DNA of 63,668 nt, the filler included, from Neoconidiobolus thromboides FSU 785 (lineage: Eukaryota > Fungi > Entomophthoromycota), in the NCBI GenBank assembly GCA_025603075.1. It is 6 parts of 6 records of this genome, joined end to end, with 100 filler letters (N's around TTAATTAATTAA, not from the genome) between each part and the next. Parts side by side here need not be neighbours in the genome. Positions count along the whole stretch, not along the records: positions 12,330 to 30,797 come from MU626566.1; 5 more parts are not named here. The stretch is one strand, 5' to 3'. Positions 12,620-28,203 of the stretch are shown one piece after another. The notes under the pieces are model-generated. The model was not told where the DNA came from. It ran no database searches and was given only the letters and a program-made list of their open reading frames with translations. Position 1 is the stretch's first letter. Each line of letters starts with the position of its first letter. Both the position numbers and the translations under genes were made by a program.

Positions 12620-13584
12620 TCTATTTTTGACCTTGTGTTTTTTAGAATTGCAGTTTAAAATATTAGTTTAATATTTCTTTAAAACATGGATCAAGTATTA
12701 AAGCTTATATTGTAATATCTGCTTCTTTCAAGGTATAATTTATATAGGCTATTAATTGGTCGATGAGTTTCTTCTTGGATTTTTGATTATGTTAAATATA
12801 TTGCTTCTCTATATTGTTTACTGAACAGTGTTTTATAGAAAAATTCATTTATTCATGAAGTATAATAATTAATTGCATAAGATTTAAACTATAATGTTCA
12901 AGCATGGTCATTGAGAAACTAAAAAATAAAATCCAAGCTTTTGCACCACTCCCGGTAAGTTAAAAATTATCAAGTAAAAAGCAAAATAAGTAATAAAATA
13001 AACAGTATCTTCAGAAATGCGTTAGCATTATAAAGTACATTCTAATTATATATCAATGTCAATTTTTATCTTTGAATAGTACAGCATCAAATGTAGAAAC
13101 CTTCATGTGTATAGACATAAAATTATTGTTGATTTTGTAAAAACATCGAATAGTATTTAAAGGTTTTTTTATATAAATTACTAATTTATAAACAAAATCA
13201 TGATGAAAGAGGTCATCGATTCCATACATTTCATATTCATCATTTGCTATAATATGCTCTTTATGAAAGATGTAATCTTAAATATCGAAGCATTTATGCA
13301 ACCGAACCCTATTCTTATATTGCTGAATCAAACAAATACTGCCTTAGACAAGTACTTTTTTGAAAATATTCACATTAGATTAGAGAGGAAAAAATTTATA
13401 TAATTCAATTACAGCCCATCTCATAAATTAATTAAATGATATTCCTGTAACTGTAAAGCTACATTCAATAAAATGTTCAATAATGATAACATTGTAAAAA
13501 AATTTAATCTTACTTTATTAATATATTTTCGATAAGAATAGTTGGTTAATTTAACAAAAGTTTACTCTATAGATTCTATAATAA

Positions 13585-16187
13585 TTAAAACATATCTCCT
13601 TCATTTTCTTCATCTTCTAAAACAACTCTTCTCTTCTTGGGTTGGTTATCTTTATCGAATTGAGATTTAACTTTTTCTCTTAACTTATCAACCGATTCAT
13701 CTTCGTCTGCATAAGTAATAACTAAATGTCTACCATACAAATGGGTATGAGAAAGATTGTCCATTACTTTAGCTGCTTCTTTTTCAGTTATGAACTCTAT
13801 GAAACAGAAACCACGATGTCCTCCAGAAAATTTAGAAGGTAATCTAAGTGTTTTAATGGTACCAAAGGTGCTAAATAAAATAAATAAATAAAAATAACAA
13901 ATACTTTAGTCACTATGAAATACCTAAATAGCTCTCTGATATCCCTCTTAGTAGCTTCAAAGGGAATATTTTTTATGAGTAATTTGGCTCCTTTAACAGG
14001 TTTAGATTCTTCTTTCTTAGGTTTTGTAGCTCTCTCTGATATTTTAATAACTAATTTATGTCCATCTAACATATAATCTTGTCTCCCACTCATAGCCAAG
14101 GCTGCATTTTCCGGAGAGTCAAATTCAACAAACCCAAACCCTAACGATAAAGTTTTTCCAGGATTCTTGGTATCTGGTTTGGTTCTAACTATTGCTGATT
14201 TGAATCCTAAAAATACTTCAAAACATTCTTGTAATCTTTCTTTAGTTGTTTCAAAGTTTAAGTTTTTAACAAATAATGTAGCTCCTTCGACTAATTCTTC
14301 CTCCTTGGCTAGAATCTTTTCAATAGTGACTACTTTTTCTTCTTTTGGTTCAATTTTCTTCTCTACTTTCATCTTAAACACATCTTTAGGTGCCTTTTCC
14401 AAATAGAGGGGTGCGTCTCCAAATCTTCTATATGCAAGGTGGCGGAAGGCTGCTCTTGCCTCAGTCGGGTGCTTGAATTCAATGATAGCAATAGTTTTTG
14501 ATGGTGGTATGAGAACTCTTTCTATTTCTCCATGCTTTCCAAATAACTCGAGCAATTGAGATTCTTCAGTACCATATGGTATGTTTTTGACAATTATCAC
14601 AGTGTCGCTTTTTTCTTTATTACTAACGGATAAATCAACGCCATGCTCTTCAAAAAAGTCTTTAATCTCCATGAGTAATTTAGTTTCAGCTGTAGCTAAT
14701 TTAGTAGCTAAATCATCTGAGGCTGGATCCATTAACTCCCCTTTGGTTATACCTAATTTTGCAGCTACTGCATCAGCTACTGCATCTTGTGACAGAAATA
14801 ATGAATTCCAATTGTAGGAATTTGTTGCCATTTGTCTCATTTTAAGCTCTTTTTTCTTCCTTAAACTCAAGTTTTGGTCATCAAGGTTTACTTCAGTATT
14901 CAATTTATCTTTGGATGGAAGTATATGTAATAATCTGCCTTGAAAAAAACTTTTATCTAAAGTATTGAATGCTTTTAAAGCATGTTCTGGTAACAAATAT
15001 AATATATAGGCAAAACCTTTAGGTTTTTTACTTTCTTTGGAGATTGGCATATGGACTTCTGATAGCGGACCATGTTTTTCAAATAATTTTCTAAGATCAT
15101 CTTCGGTACATGTATATGGTAAATTACGTACAAACAATCTACCATTATCTAAAATTTGTGCTTCTGGACTTAATTCTTCTAAAAAAATACAAATTAACTA
15201 AAGTCTCTAGTTTATGAAATAATTTTTACCTTTTATCTCAGTTTCCTCAGTTTTCTCAGTTTTCTCTTCTAGTTCATCTTTTAACCCTTGTTTTGGTTCT
15301 TCTTTTTCGTTATTGTCGTCAATTTCCTTTTCGTCTGAAACATTTTGTTTCATTCTTGCCTTTAAATAATCCATATCAGATACATTGTTGTCAAAAACTA
15401 GTTCATCTTTTTCAAGTTCTTTCTCTTTCTCCCCCTCCACTTTTGTATCTTTATTCAAATCTTGATATTCATCATCATCATCATTATCGAAAGTAAGATG
15501 AGTTTTAGTTAGAACGACATTTTCACCACCAGCCTTTTTACTTTTGACAGTTTGGACTTTAACTTTAGGTTGGAAACTATTCGCAGTATCTTCATTGGCC
15601 CAAGTCTTTGTTTGAGTTCTACTTTGATATACTTCAAGGTATTCTTTCAATTTTTGGTCTTTTTCAGCCTGCTTTAATAGTTCCATATTTTGGTTCATTT
15701 TCCTTTCTTCTACTATTTTTACTTCGGACTCTTTTCTTTTCTCTTCTTCTTTCTGGGCTTTTTCTAAACTGATTTTACTCCATGGTTTGGGTAAGCTGGA
15801 GTCACCAACCTATAGCTAAGTTTAAACTTTATTTTTTTTCATTTTCAATTTTATTACCGGTTTAGCAATTTCCAAAGTTATTTTTGAAGTATCTATAAAA
15901 GTGTTATTAAAATAACGAACAGCTGCCTTGGCTTCTTTCTCTGTTTTAAAACCAATAAAAGCGAATTTTCGGGAAGTACCATCACTTTATAATACTTAGT
16001 ATTTTATTATAAATTCATAAATTCAATTACCTTTTTTTCATCAACTTCACATCGGTTACATGACCTTGTTTTTGAAAATGTTCTCTTAATCTGTCTTCCT
16101 TTAAATGCTTTGGTAAATTTTTGATTATAACTCTACTCCTAAAAATAATTTAGCTGCTATCCAATGTACACTACTATTATTTTACAT
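13585..16187 (-). CDS. MRD1: Multiple-RRM pre-rRNA processing protein Mrd1 (RBM19 ortholog), multi-exon
   Basis: Spliced N-terminus MSRVIIKNLPK; five RRMs (e.g. LFVRNLPY, KGFAY, LFVKNLNF, SLGFGFVEF, LIKNIPFEA, HRGFCFIEF); NWNSLFLSQDAV linker. First intron splits the ATG. Confidence 0.93.
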
Positions 16188-17379
16188 TTTTCAAATTGAT
16201 AAAAAGTCAATTTTATTTAGAAATTTTTAAAATATATTCGAGAAAATTAAGCTTATCCTCAAACTAATTTGTTTTTGGGCAACATTTCTTTTTTAATAGC
16301 ACAAATTAGTGTTTGATAAAACCGATTAATAAAATAGAATAATAGCTATTTAATTACTCATAATTAGATATTGAATGTTTTTCTTGAGTGATTAAAACCA
16401 TCACTCCTTATTTTCCATGAAGTTTAGTAAAAACACACTACTACGAGCCCAAAAGATTTTGTTTTAGTAATAGATGACTTAAAAATCAAAAATTAAAACC
16501 TCATTTTAAAGATTATGTTTTAACTTATGTCAGATATTTTTTACATTTTATTGTCTAAAAATGGACAAAATATTAAATAGAAGCTATTTCCATATATAAA
16601 AGTAATTTGAAATAAACCAATGTATGCTTTATAATTATTTATTATCTACATTCTTTGATTAAAATACGAAGCGTTCATAAAACTTCAGTATTGGCTATAG
16701 AAAATCATTTTCAATAACAGTTTGATTTATAATTATATTAAAAAGAGACTGTTTAACAGAATAAACAAGATACTCAAATATGGATCAAATAAACTCTAGT
16801 GGGATTATTTTTTGACCTTTGACTTAACAGTTTGTATTTTGATTATTTGTTTAGGAATCGCTCAAATTCTAAACTTGAAAGATGAATAAAAAACGACTTT
16901 CATTTTGATTATTTTTTATAATTCAATTAAATCTCATAAGCACTTATCTTTTGAAGCAGGTGTAAAAGTCATTTCAAGATGATACAATTTGAAGGCTATT
17001 CATTTGTATTACTTAGTATGCTAAAAAGGTCTTCGTTTTTGGAAGCGAATTTAGACTGCTAACAATTCCAAACTTTACAGTTACACCATAAACCAAACCA
17101 AATCAAAAATGGCTTTGATTATGCCACTTTCATCTAACAAGTAGTATCCATTATAAAAGTAACTTATAATAATAAACCACGCCTTCCAAAATAACTCATT
17201 GGCGTTTTTTCAAAAGGTTATTTTTTATCCCTCGACAATTTTTTTATAAAAATTTAAGTAACCCATTAAAAGGAAGTTTTAATCTAAAATTTCAAAATAC
17301 CTATAACAAATGTTTTTGTATGAATTCGACCTTAGATAATAATCACATTCAACCTCTTTTATTTTAAAAATAAATCTAT

Positions 17380-19477
17380 TTAATTATCAGCATGAGCAAC
17401 AGTAGGTTTAGCACCTTCTTCTTCTGGCTTCATAGCTGGGAACATAATAACTTCCTAAAAAATCACATCATTTAAGTAAAATTACTACTTGTAAATTGAT
17501 ATTAAAATTTTACCTTGATGTTATTAGAGTCGGTTAAGAACATGGTAAGACGATCAATACCCATACCCCATCCACCAGTGGGGGGTAATCCGTACTCTAA
17601 GGCAGTACAGAAGTTTTCATCAATAACTTGTGCTTCATCATCTCCAGCCGCTTTATCATTAGCTTGCATACCGAAGCGCTCACGCTGATCAAATGGATCA
17701 TTTAATTCGGTATATGCATTACATATTTCCTTAGTAGCACAGAATAATTCAAATCTTTCAGTTAATCCTGGGAAATCACGATGCCTAAAATAGTTTATGA
17801 ATATACATAATGTTTTGATATAAATCTCCTTACCATTTAGCTAATGGACTCATCATTTGTGGATGGCAAGTGATAAAAGTGGGGCTAATACATTGTACTT
17901 CAAGGAAATCACCAACTAATTTATCTAACATTCTGGCGTTAGTACGTGGAGCAGAGCATTCAATCTTATGCTTGATACATAAATCCGATAAGAATTTATT
18001 AAATTCATCTGAATAGAATTCAGTGGCTGGAGGGAATTTAACATTGAGAGCTTCTTCAAGCCCTTCAATCATGTTTATTCTACGGAATGGCGGGCTGAAA
18101 TCCATTTCATATTCTTCACCTTCAGGTCCATGTGGGTGATATTTAACTTTGTAACCACCAGTAAGATATTTAACCATAGAAGAAAGCATATTTTCTGTAA
18201 TCTCCATAAGGTCATACATATCAGCATAAGCCATATAGAACTCACAAGTGGTAAATTCAGGGTTATGGGTCATATCAATACCTTCATTTCTGAATAATCT
18301 CCCGATTTCATAAACACGATCCAAACCACCGACAACTAACATCTTAAGATAAAGTTCTGGTGCAATTCTCATATATAAATCCATGTTGAGATCATTATGA
18401 TGGGTGATGAAAGGCTTAGCAGTAGCACCACCAGCAATCATGTTCATCATTGGGGTTTCTACTTCAAGGAAACCACTATTATCTAAGTATTGACGGACAA
18501 ACTTGATAATTTTGGAACGAGTAACAAATTTATCCCTAACATTATTATTCATAATAAGATCTAAATAACGCTGACGATAACGAGCTTCTAAATCTTTAAA
18601 TCCAAAATGGGCGGTAGGTAACATATGTAAGCATGGTGATAACACTTGAACATCTAAAGGCAAAATTGATAATTCACCTTTCTTGGTACGTCCTGGATGT
18701 CCTTTTACACCAACAATATCACCACGGCGAATGCAGTCATGGACTTCAGCAAAATCACGTTCAGAATCTCTATAAGATAGATAAATACATAAGCTGAAAT
18801 ATTAATTAATAAAACCTACTGGGCATTAGCCATGATTTGAATTTTAACGGCTTCGCTGTGTAAATCGTAAAATCTTAATTTAGCACCAGATGAACGTTTA
18901 TTATGGATACGACCTAAAATGAATTAATAAATAGGACATATTATACAATTATAAAAATTACCAGCAACAGTTACAATATCTTCTGATTTTTCACCATTTT
19001 GGATAGAACCATATTTTTCAATAAAAGTAGGTAAAGAGATATCGACTTTGAATTTATGAGGGTATGGATTACCACCATCATTTTGGATTTTCTTGACAGC
19101 TTTTGAACGAATTTCAAAATATTGCTAAAACTTATTAGTATTACAGAAATACAGTTTAAAAGATTTACATTTGGGTTTAAGTCAGCTTCTAAGTCTTCAG
19201 CGTTATCACTTTCTTTTTTAGCGACTTTTGGAGTAGCAGCTTCTTTTTCAGCCTAAATTCAAAGTTAAATAATTTTGAATTGTCTAGTTAATCCTTTTTT
19301 ACCTTTTTTTGCTCCTTTTCACGCTGCTTAATACGGCGTTTTAATTCACTTTGAAACAGTCAATAAATAATTAAAAAATAGATAAAAATATTACGATTTA
19401 GAAACCATTTCACCAGTTACTTCATCTTTATATAATTTTTCAGCTTGAGTAGCTCCGTTATCAATATTACTTGCCAT
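17380..19477 (-). CDS. KRS1: Cytosolic lysyl-tRNA synthetase (class II), multi-exon
   Basis: GNPYPHKF, anticodon OB fold, [49 protein letters not shown]. Confidence 0.98.
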
Positions 19478-19536
19478 TTTTCAAAAAAAAACAAAGCTAG
19501 AGTTAACTTTCTTTATATTTATGGGATTTTTGCAGT

Positions 19537-19545
19537 ATGACTCAT
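19537..19545. promoter_or_regulatory. Perfect Gcn4/CpcA (AP-1) site ATGACTCAT, 60 bp upstream of the KRS1 ATG
   Basis: Exact 9-bp consensus. Yeast KRS1 is a known general-amino-acid-control target; function here is inferred. Confidence 0.55.
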
Positions 19546-19640
19546 TTTTTTATACATTTTTGTTGAGTGATTTGACATTTCCATTTTGGTTGGAATTTAA
19601 AGTTATTTAAAATCAAAATCAATAAAAAAAATCATTTAAC

Positions 19641-19745
19641 ATATGGGGATGTATTTTTGTGGTTAAGAATTTTATTAACAATTTTCTACTCAAATAGGCC
19701 TTGAAAGATGGAAAAAGCGATGAAGTCAAAAAAACATCCCCATAT
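19641..19745 (+). mobile_element. MITE copy
   Basis: ATATGGGGATGT...ACATCCCCATAT, perfect 12-bp termini. Confidence 0.9.
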
Positions 19746-20504
19746 ATACATATTTGACGATATAAAATGTTTTGTTAAGCTCTAATTGTAACATTTATTG
19801 TGAATGAAATTTTAAACAATAATTAAGCCCACTAATGATCAGAAATAGACTTTCTTGTTAAGTTTCCAAAATTTTAAATAAATGCTAAAGGGCTTGAATA
19901 TAGCTGTTGTTTTTACTCATAAACAATAAGTTAGTTTAATATTTGTAGTTTTACATATAATTAGTTGTACTAATAAATATAAAAGCTAAGTTATTCTTCA
20001 AATTTAGAAAAAAGTTCTTAATATAATAAATTTTCAAATTTTATAAATAAGGCTATGTAGTTTCGACAAATATCAATAGTAAAAGCAAATAGTAAATTCC
20101 GTTAAGCTTGCTTTTTAAGCCTGAATATAAGAATAGTTATATAGTCAAGCTATTGGTTATATGAAAATACCTTTATTCTGCGGCCCCTTAGTACTTTTTC
20201 AAAAAAAGTACTAATCCTCCATAATTTGTTTACCACCCTTAGCTAATTGCTTATTCTTATGCTTGATACTTGTTTGGATCTTTTTGTTTATATCGCTATT
20301 TTCGATCTCATCTGGGCTTGACATTGATGTATACGATACTATCCTATTCTTGGCCCCTTTCAATTTTGCCTTGAAATTTATAAATTTTTATTAATAGGCA
20401 TTTTTTACTTTCCATATTAACTAGTTTTATTGGACAAACTAGTGTTAATTTTTGTTTATAAAGTTGGCTTTTTAGTAAGATTCTTTTGAACCACGTTCTA
20501 ATTA

Positions 20505-21240
20505 TTAGTTAATAGCCTGGACAACTTTATTACATCTACACACCTCAAATGATTATACGATAAAATTTGAGCCTGCTTTATTAATTTGTTATAAACGGAT
20601 GGACTTTTTGGTGCCACAAAACCTATTGCTATTTTAATGCAGTGGTGGAAGTTTTGAACTTGATGAGTATAACCAGCCAGAATTAGTACTGGATCACCAA
20701 ATTTTTGGTATATTTAGTAACTAATTAGGTTATGGTTATTTGATAATTTCTTTAATTGTTTCTTGACAGAACAAAAAGTTTAATTATGCATAGGATCACT
20801 TCTTTATGTAAATTTTCCGATCTTTTACATATGCCCTTTAAAATGTGTTATAAAATGCCTGGCTCACTCAGACCACCTGGAAAATAGTTCACTATATTTA
20901 TGACATCTTCTAGATCTAAATGAAGCGCCGTAGTACCATATCTTTTATCACTCTCATAACAATAAAAACTGCCCATCTTTGGACTAAGGTCTTGAACAGC
21001 ATGTGGGGGTGTTTTTTTTGGTTTCCTCACCTTTCCATTTTCAAAGCGCTATTTAAATGGAGAAGTTGCTAGTAAAATTCTTAAACAAAAAAATAAACCC
21101 CCATATATATCTGGTAAGTACGAGATTAAATTAAACTCACTACATATCACATATACTGTAGGAATGGGATAGAGTTCATGAAATCATTATAAAGGCACTT
21201 AACGTAACTTTTGAAACTCCAATCAGATAACTAACCTTTG
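20505..21240 (-). pseudogene. Decayed KDM3/JMJD1-type JmjC domain interrupted by a MITE
   Basis: LSDW..YNDFMNSIPF, FNLISYLPD|[MITE]|AVQDLSPKM, GTTALHLDLEDVINI, DPMHN, QKFGDPVLILAGYTHQVQN..CIKIAIGFVAP follow KDM3A motif order. Stops and frameshifts are present. Confidence 0.85.
21001..21106 (-). mobile_element. MITE copy inserted in the JmjC coding remnant
   Basis: ATGTGGGGGTG...ACCCCCATAT with family core. Confidence 0.88.
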
Positions 21241-21778
21241 GTTTTAGCTAGTACTTCTTTTCTATTAGCCAAGGTTTCTATGTTTTCATTATATAAAAAT
21301 TAAAACCAATATTGGCTTTAATAACGTTTTACCTTAAATTTTAGCTTCACACTTGAAATTTTTATTTTCATTGTATGGAAGGTATTTTAAAAAACTCATT
21401 ATTTTTTAAATTTACTTTATATTTTAAACTATACTTAAAAAATGATTTTCTATCAATTTTTTCAAATAAAAACATTTAAAACATTTCTCTGTTTTATCCT
21501 CATTTGTTTTCCAGACTTTAGATAGCCTTCAAGAACTTTTTTAGCTACATGTATAATCTAAATTATATGTTTTAACTTGAATAAAAAGTTTAAGTATATC
21601 ATTCATAGAACTAAACACAACCAAAAGCAATTAGCTCCGTCTCCAGTAGCTGGATGAAGGAGCATCGGTTGCAAAGATGATAGTAATGTCTCGACTTTTT
21701 AGTTTTTTATAGGGCTATTCTTTAACTCGTTTATTACAGAGTTTCTCATATATTAAATTAACTAAGTTATCTTTTTGG

Positions 21779-21876
21779 ATATGTAACGAGGATTTTTTTA
21801 TTTCATTATTTTTTCGGTTTTTTAAGTGCTATTTGAGTGGAGACTGTTGGTAAAATTTTAAAAAAATACATCTTTT
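21779..21876 (-). mobile_element. MITE copy, degenerate ends
   Basis: Core TTTCATTATTTTTTC...AAGTGCTATTTGAGTGG...GGTAAAATT. Confidence 0.6.
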
Positions 21877-22210
21877 GATGGAGTTATATTTTGTACTTTT
21901 ATAAATCATAAATTTAAAATGTTCATAGCGAAATTTTATATTTAGTTTAAGTACAAAATTAAGACATGAAAACTTGATGAAATAGAATACAAATATGTCT
22001 CAATCAATCCATTATTAAAACAATTAAGTTAAAATTAGACACTCTATCAGCCTTCTTAACTACTTATATCAACTCCTTACTCCCATCCTTCCTCCAGTTA
22101 CATCTCTTGATTATTCTATTTGTAGTCTACCATTTTTTAGATAAAAAAATTGTATATTTAGCCTATGGGAATTTTATAAATGCATAAATGTATGTTTTTA
22201 TATCCAATAA

Positions 22211-22310
22211 TGGGGATGTATTTTTGTATTCAAGAATTCCATTAACAAATTTTCTACTCAAGTAGTGCTTAAAAGATGGAAAAAGTAATGAAGCCAAAAA
22301 AACATCCCCA
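22211..22310 (+). mobile_element. MITE copy
   Basis: TGGGGATGT...ACATCCCCA termini. Confidence 0.88.
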
Positions 22311-23384
22311 ATAGAGAACAGTACTAACTAAAATAACAATAAAATCATTTAAAAAAGCCAAATATGAATATTTTATTCAAAATTACTTTTCAAACAATAA
22401 AAACGTAAATATTCAAATCTATGTCTAATATATATCCCTTTTATTAAACTGCTATATTTAAACTGCTATTATAATGAACATCTCTTTGCCCCATCTGTAC
22501 TGTCAAGACATTAATTAGATTGCTTACTTTTCGAAATCTAATTCTATAACTGAATATGATTCAATACAAGTTGAGTGCATTGTAAAAATTAATGAAAGAA
22601 AACCAATATCAAATTTACCACTAACTCTGGTCATGCATATTAAATATGAATCAAAATTTAGCTAACACCTTTTATACTCATAGAAAGTATATAACAGATT
22701 GAATCTCTTCCTCCGAAATCTCTCTTCATTGTGATTTGTTTTACCAGCTATTTTTTGAGACAGTCCATGCTCTTAAATATCATTAGTTATGCTACTCTAA
22801 AATACTTATTTTAAAGTATAATTTTTACATTTGTTTAGAGAAACTAAATCTTCTCATTACCGTTGGTCAAACATTGAGTTTACTTTCTCTTGCCTTATAT
22901 CCATTTACCTATTAGTATACCAATGAGCTTAAGGGCCTCAAAACTCTTTCAGCTTAAATATATGGTTTTTTCAGATATATGTGATGTGGATTTAATTAAT
23001 TAGTTTATTATAATATTATAGATAATACTGTTTGATTAAAGTTCTAAACCTATTTTGGTTCAATTTTAAATCAAATTTCAATTTTAGCAACTTAAAATTT
23101 TTTTAGATGACTAAATTTGACAAACTAAAGCTAAGAATAAAATCTCAAATTTTTTGTCAAATTTTTCGAAATCCTTAATACTCAATAATGATTGGCTTGA
23201 GCTAGAATAACTCGAGCACCAATAGAGATTGTAACAATTCCAATAACAGCTATTTGATGGGCTTAAAATAGGATGGAAATAGATAAGCGGTAGTGAGAAA
23301 GAATAATATTAAGGGATTTGGATTCTAGTCAAAGTGGAATATTTTTTATAGAAAAATAAATCAATATTAATTTTATAGAAAATT

Positions 23385-26124
<2,740 letters not shown>

Positions 26125-26776
26125 TCAACAATAGAAATAATAAAAATAAAAATATTCTTTATTATAGATATATTTTTTATTGTAAATATATTTTTTATTA
26201 TAAATATTTTTTGTTTGAGTTTATTATTTAATTTTATTTAAATCAATAGAATTAATACCTAATTAGTGAATGTTTTAGAAATTGATGTAGATAGTTAAAT
26301 TAATAATAATAATAAAATTCTGTTTTTAAAAATAAAAAGACTCTTAACATGTATAATATATAGTAATAAAATATTCGAATGTTTATAATTTAAAATAAAA
26401 GTTTTAACAACATAAAACTATAACTATAAAATTTATTATATTTCTGTTTTTACTTTTATTTGTATAAAATCAATTATTTTTGACAAATAAATTAATTTTC
26501 TTCTTTAGCCTTTATTGATCTTAATTAGTATTCACCTGATTCAAAAAATTATTACTTCTGATTCTTAATAAATATCATGTTTAATGTTTATTAGGTGGGA
26601 ATTTGAAACATAATAATTGTCCTATATTACAAATATATTATAATATTTCATTTATTTAAAGCCTCTATATAATTGTAAGAGGTATTATAAAAATAAGCTT
26701 TAGCTGTAATGCTTAAAATTATAATACAAACACATGCATCAACTTAAATATACTCTTTATTAATGAATTAAACTTA

Positions 26777-26881
26777 ATATGGGGATGTATTTTTGTGTTT
26801 AAAAATTTTATTAACAAATTTTCCACTCAGATAGGGCTTAAAAAATGGAAAAAATAATGAAACCAAAAAACATCCCCATAT
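26777..26881 (+). mobile_element. MITE copy
   Basis: ATATGGGGATGT...ACATCCCCATAT. Confidence 0.9.
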
Positions 26882-27194
26882 AAAAACATCGAAAACCATG
26901 ACAGTTACTCAGAACTAGGGGAGTAATTTTTACCAATTATATGGGCAACTTGCTCTTTGATTTTAAATGGTAATAAATTAGTTATAGCCTTTCTAATGAT
27001 TTGGCCCTTTTGGTGGTGCTGTAGCTTGTTTTAATTGGTCGATTCTCTCCTCCTAACCCTATCATCTCAAATTACGCGTTTTACCTATTTTTAAAATCAA
27101 CTAAATTATAAATTAAATTTTTTTATTAATTATAAAACGCAGCTGTATCAAAACCAAGTCCTCCATTTTTAAAATTATTAAGCTATAATCAAGC

Positions 27195-28203
27195 ATGAAT
27201 CAACAATCCCGAATGGAAGATAAGCAGAAACAATTAGTCTTAAGTAATTTTTATGTAAAAAAAGGTATTTTTACATTTATCTTTCTTTTAACTTCAATTC
27301 CATAACTAATCTCTTAATCTTAACTCCAGATGGTGAATATTTAAAAAAAGAGCCAAACATGAAGCTTGATAATCTCCTCACAAAAATAGATTTTAGTGAA
27401 CGTTTCAAACGTGGGTTTGAAACAAAATTTAGCTATACCGTTGAAGAATTAAGTGAAGATGAAGATGAAGATGAAGAAACAAAAGGATTGTCAGCTGAAG
27501 AAATAGCTGAAGAATTAATTTGTGCTAGGTTGGAAATCAAAAAAGATATTGATCAAATGATTGATTTTGATGGTAAGTGATTATGCTATCTAAGTTTTTA
27601 ATATGGTTTCTAATGAAAATGCTTTTTTATGTAGATTTACCATCCTTCAGTAATACAGAAGATAATAATAATTTATTAAATATCAATTCACCTAATTTAT
27701 ATTTATCTGATATTGAGTTTAGTGATGATGAATTTAATGTATCACTTGTAGCTCAAAGTATTCCATCAAAAAGTGAATCAAGCGATTTGGGACTTGAGAA
27801 ACCAAGGATGGCAACAAATAATTATGTTATGAATATTAATGATATCGTTAGTGATATGGATATGAATAATAGTAAGGATAGTAATAGTAATATTTCTAAC
27901 AATAACATCAATAACAAACGAAAATCAATAAATAACCCAACAGAAGAAATAAATGAACAAAGTACATATATTAAAAGAACAAAAATCAAAGAACAAAGTA
28001 CACCTATTAAAAGCTCAACAACTGACGATAATAATAAACTTGAAAGCCATCTTTCGACTCTTCATAATTTAACAGTAACAAATCAAATAGAAGATCAATC
28101 CAAAAATAACATTGATTGGAACAATTTTAATTCATTTTATAAAAGTTTATTTGTATCAGATAGGAAACAAACCATGGCCAATACAAATGGTAAATTTGTT
28201 TAA
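27195..28203 (+). CDS. Hypothetical protein (acidic, Asn/Ser-rich), spliced; 3' end uncertain
   Basis: ATG at 27195 and GT-AG introns link the two ORF-track pieces (..IDFD|DLPSFS..). No family recognised. Confidence 0.55.

Noticed and set aside
21611-21660. OTU-protease-like motif TGDGANCFWLCL on the minus strand upstream of the JmjC remnant
   Set aside because: A single short motif with off spacing (canonical GDGNC) in a stop-riddled frame; not supportable.
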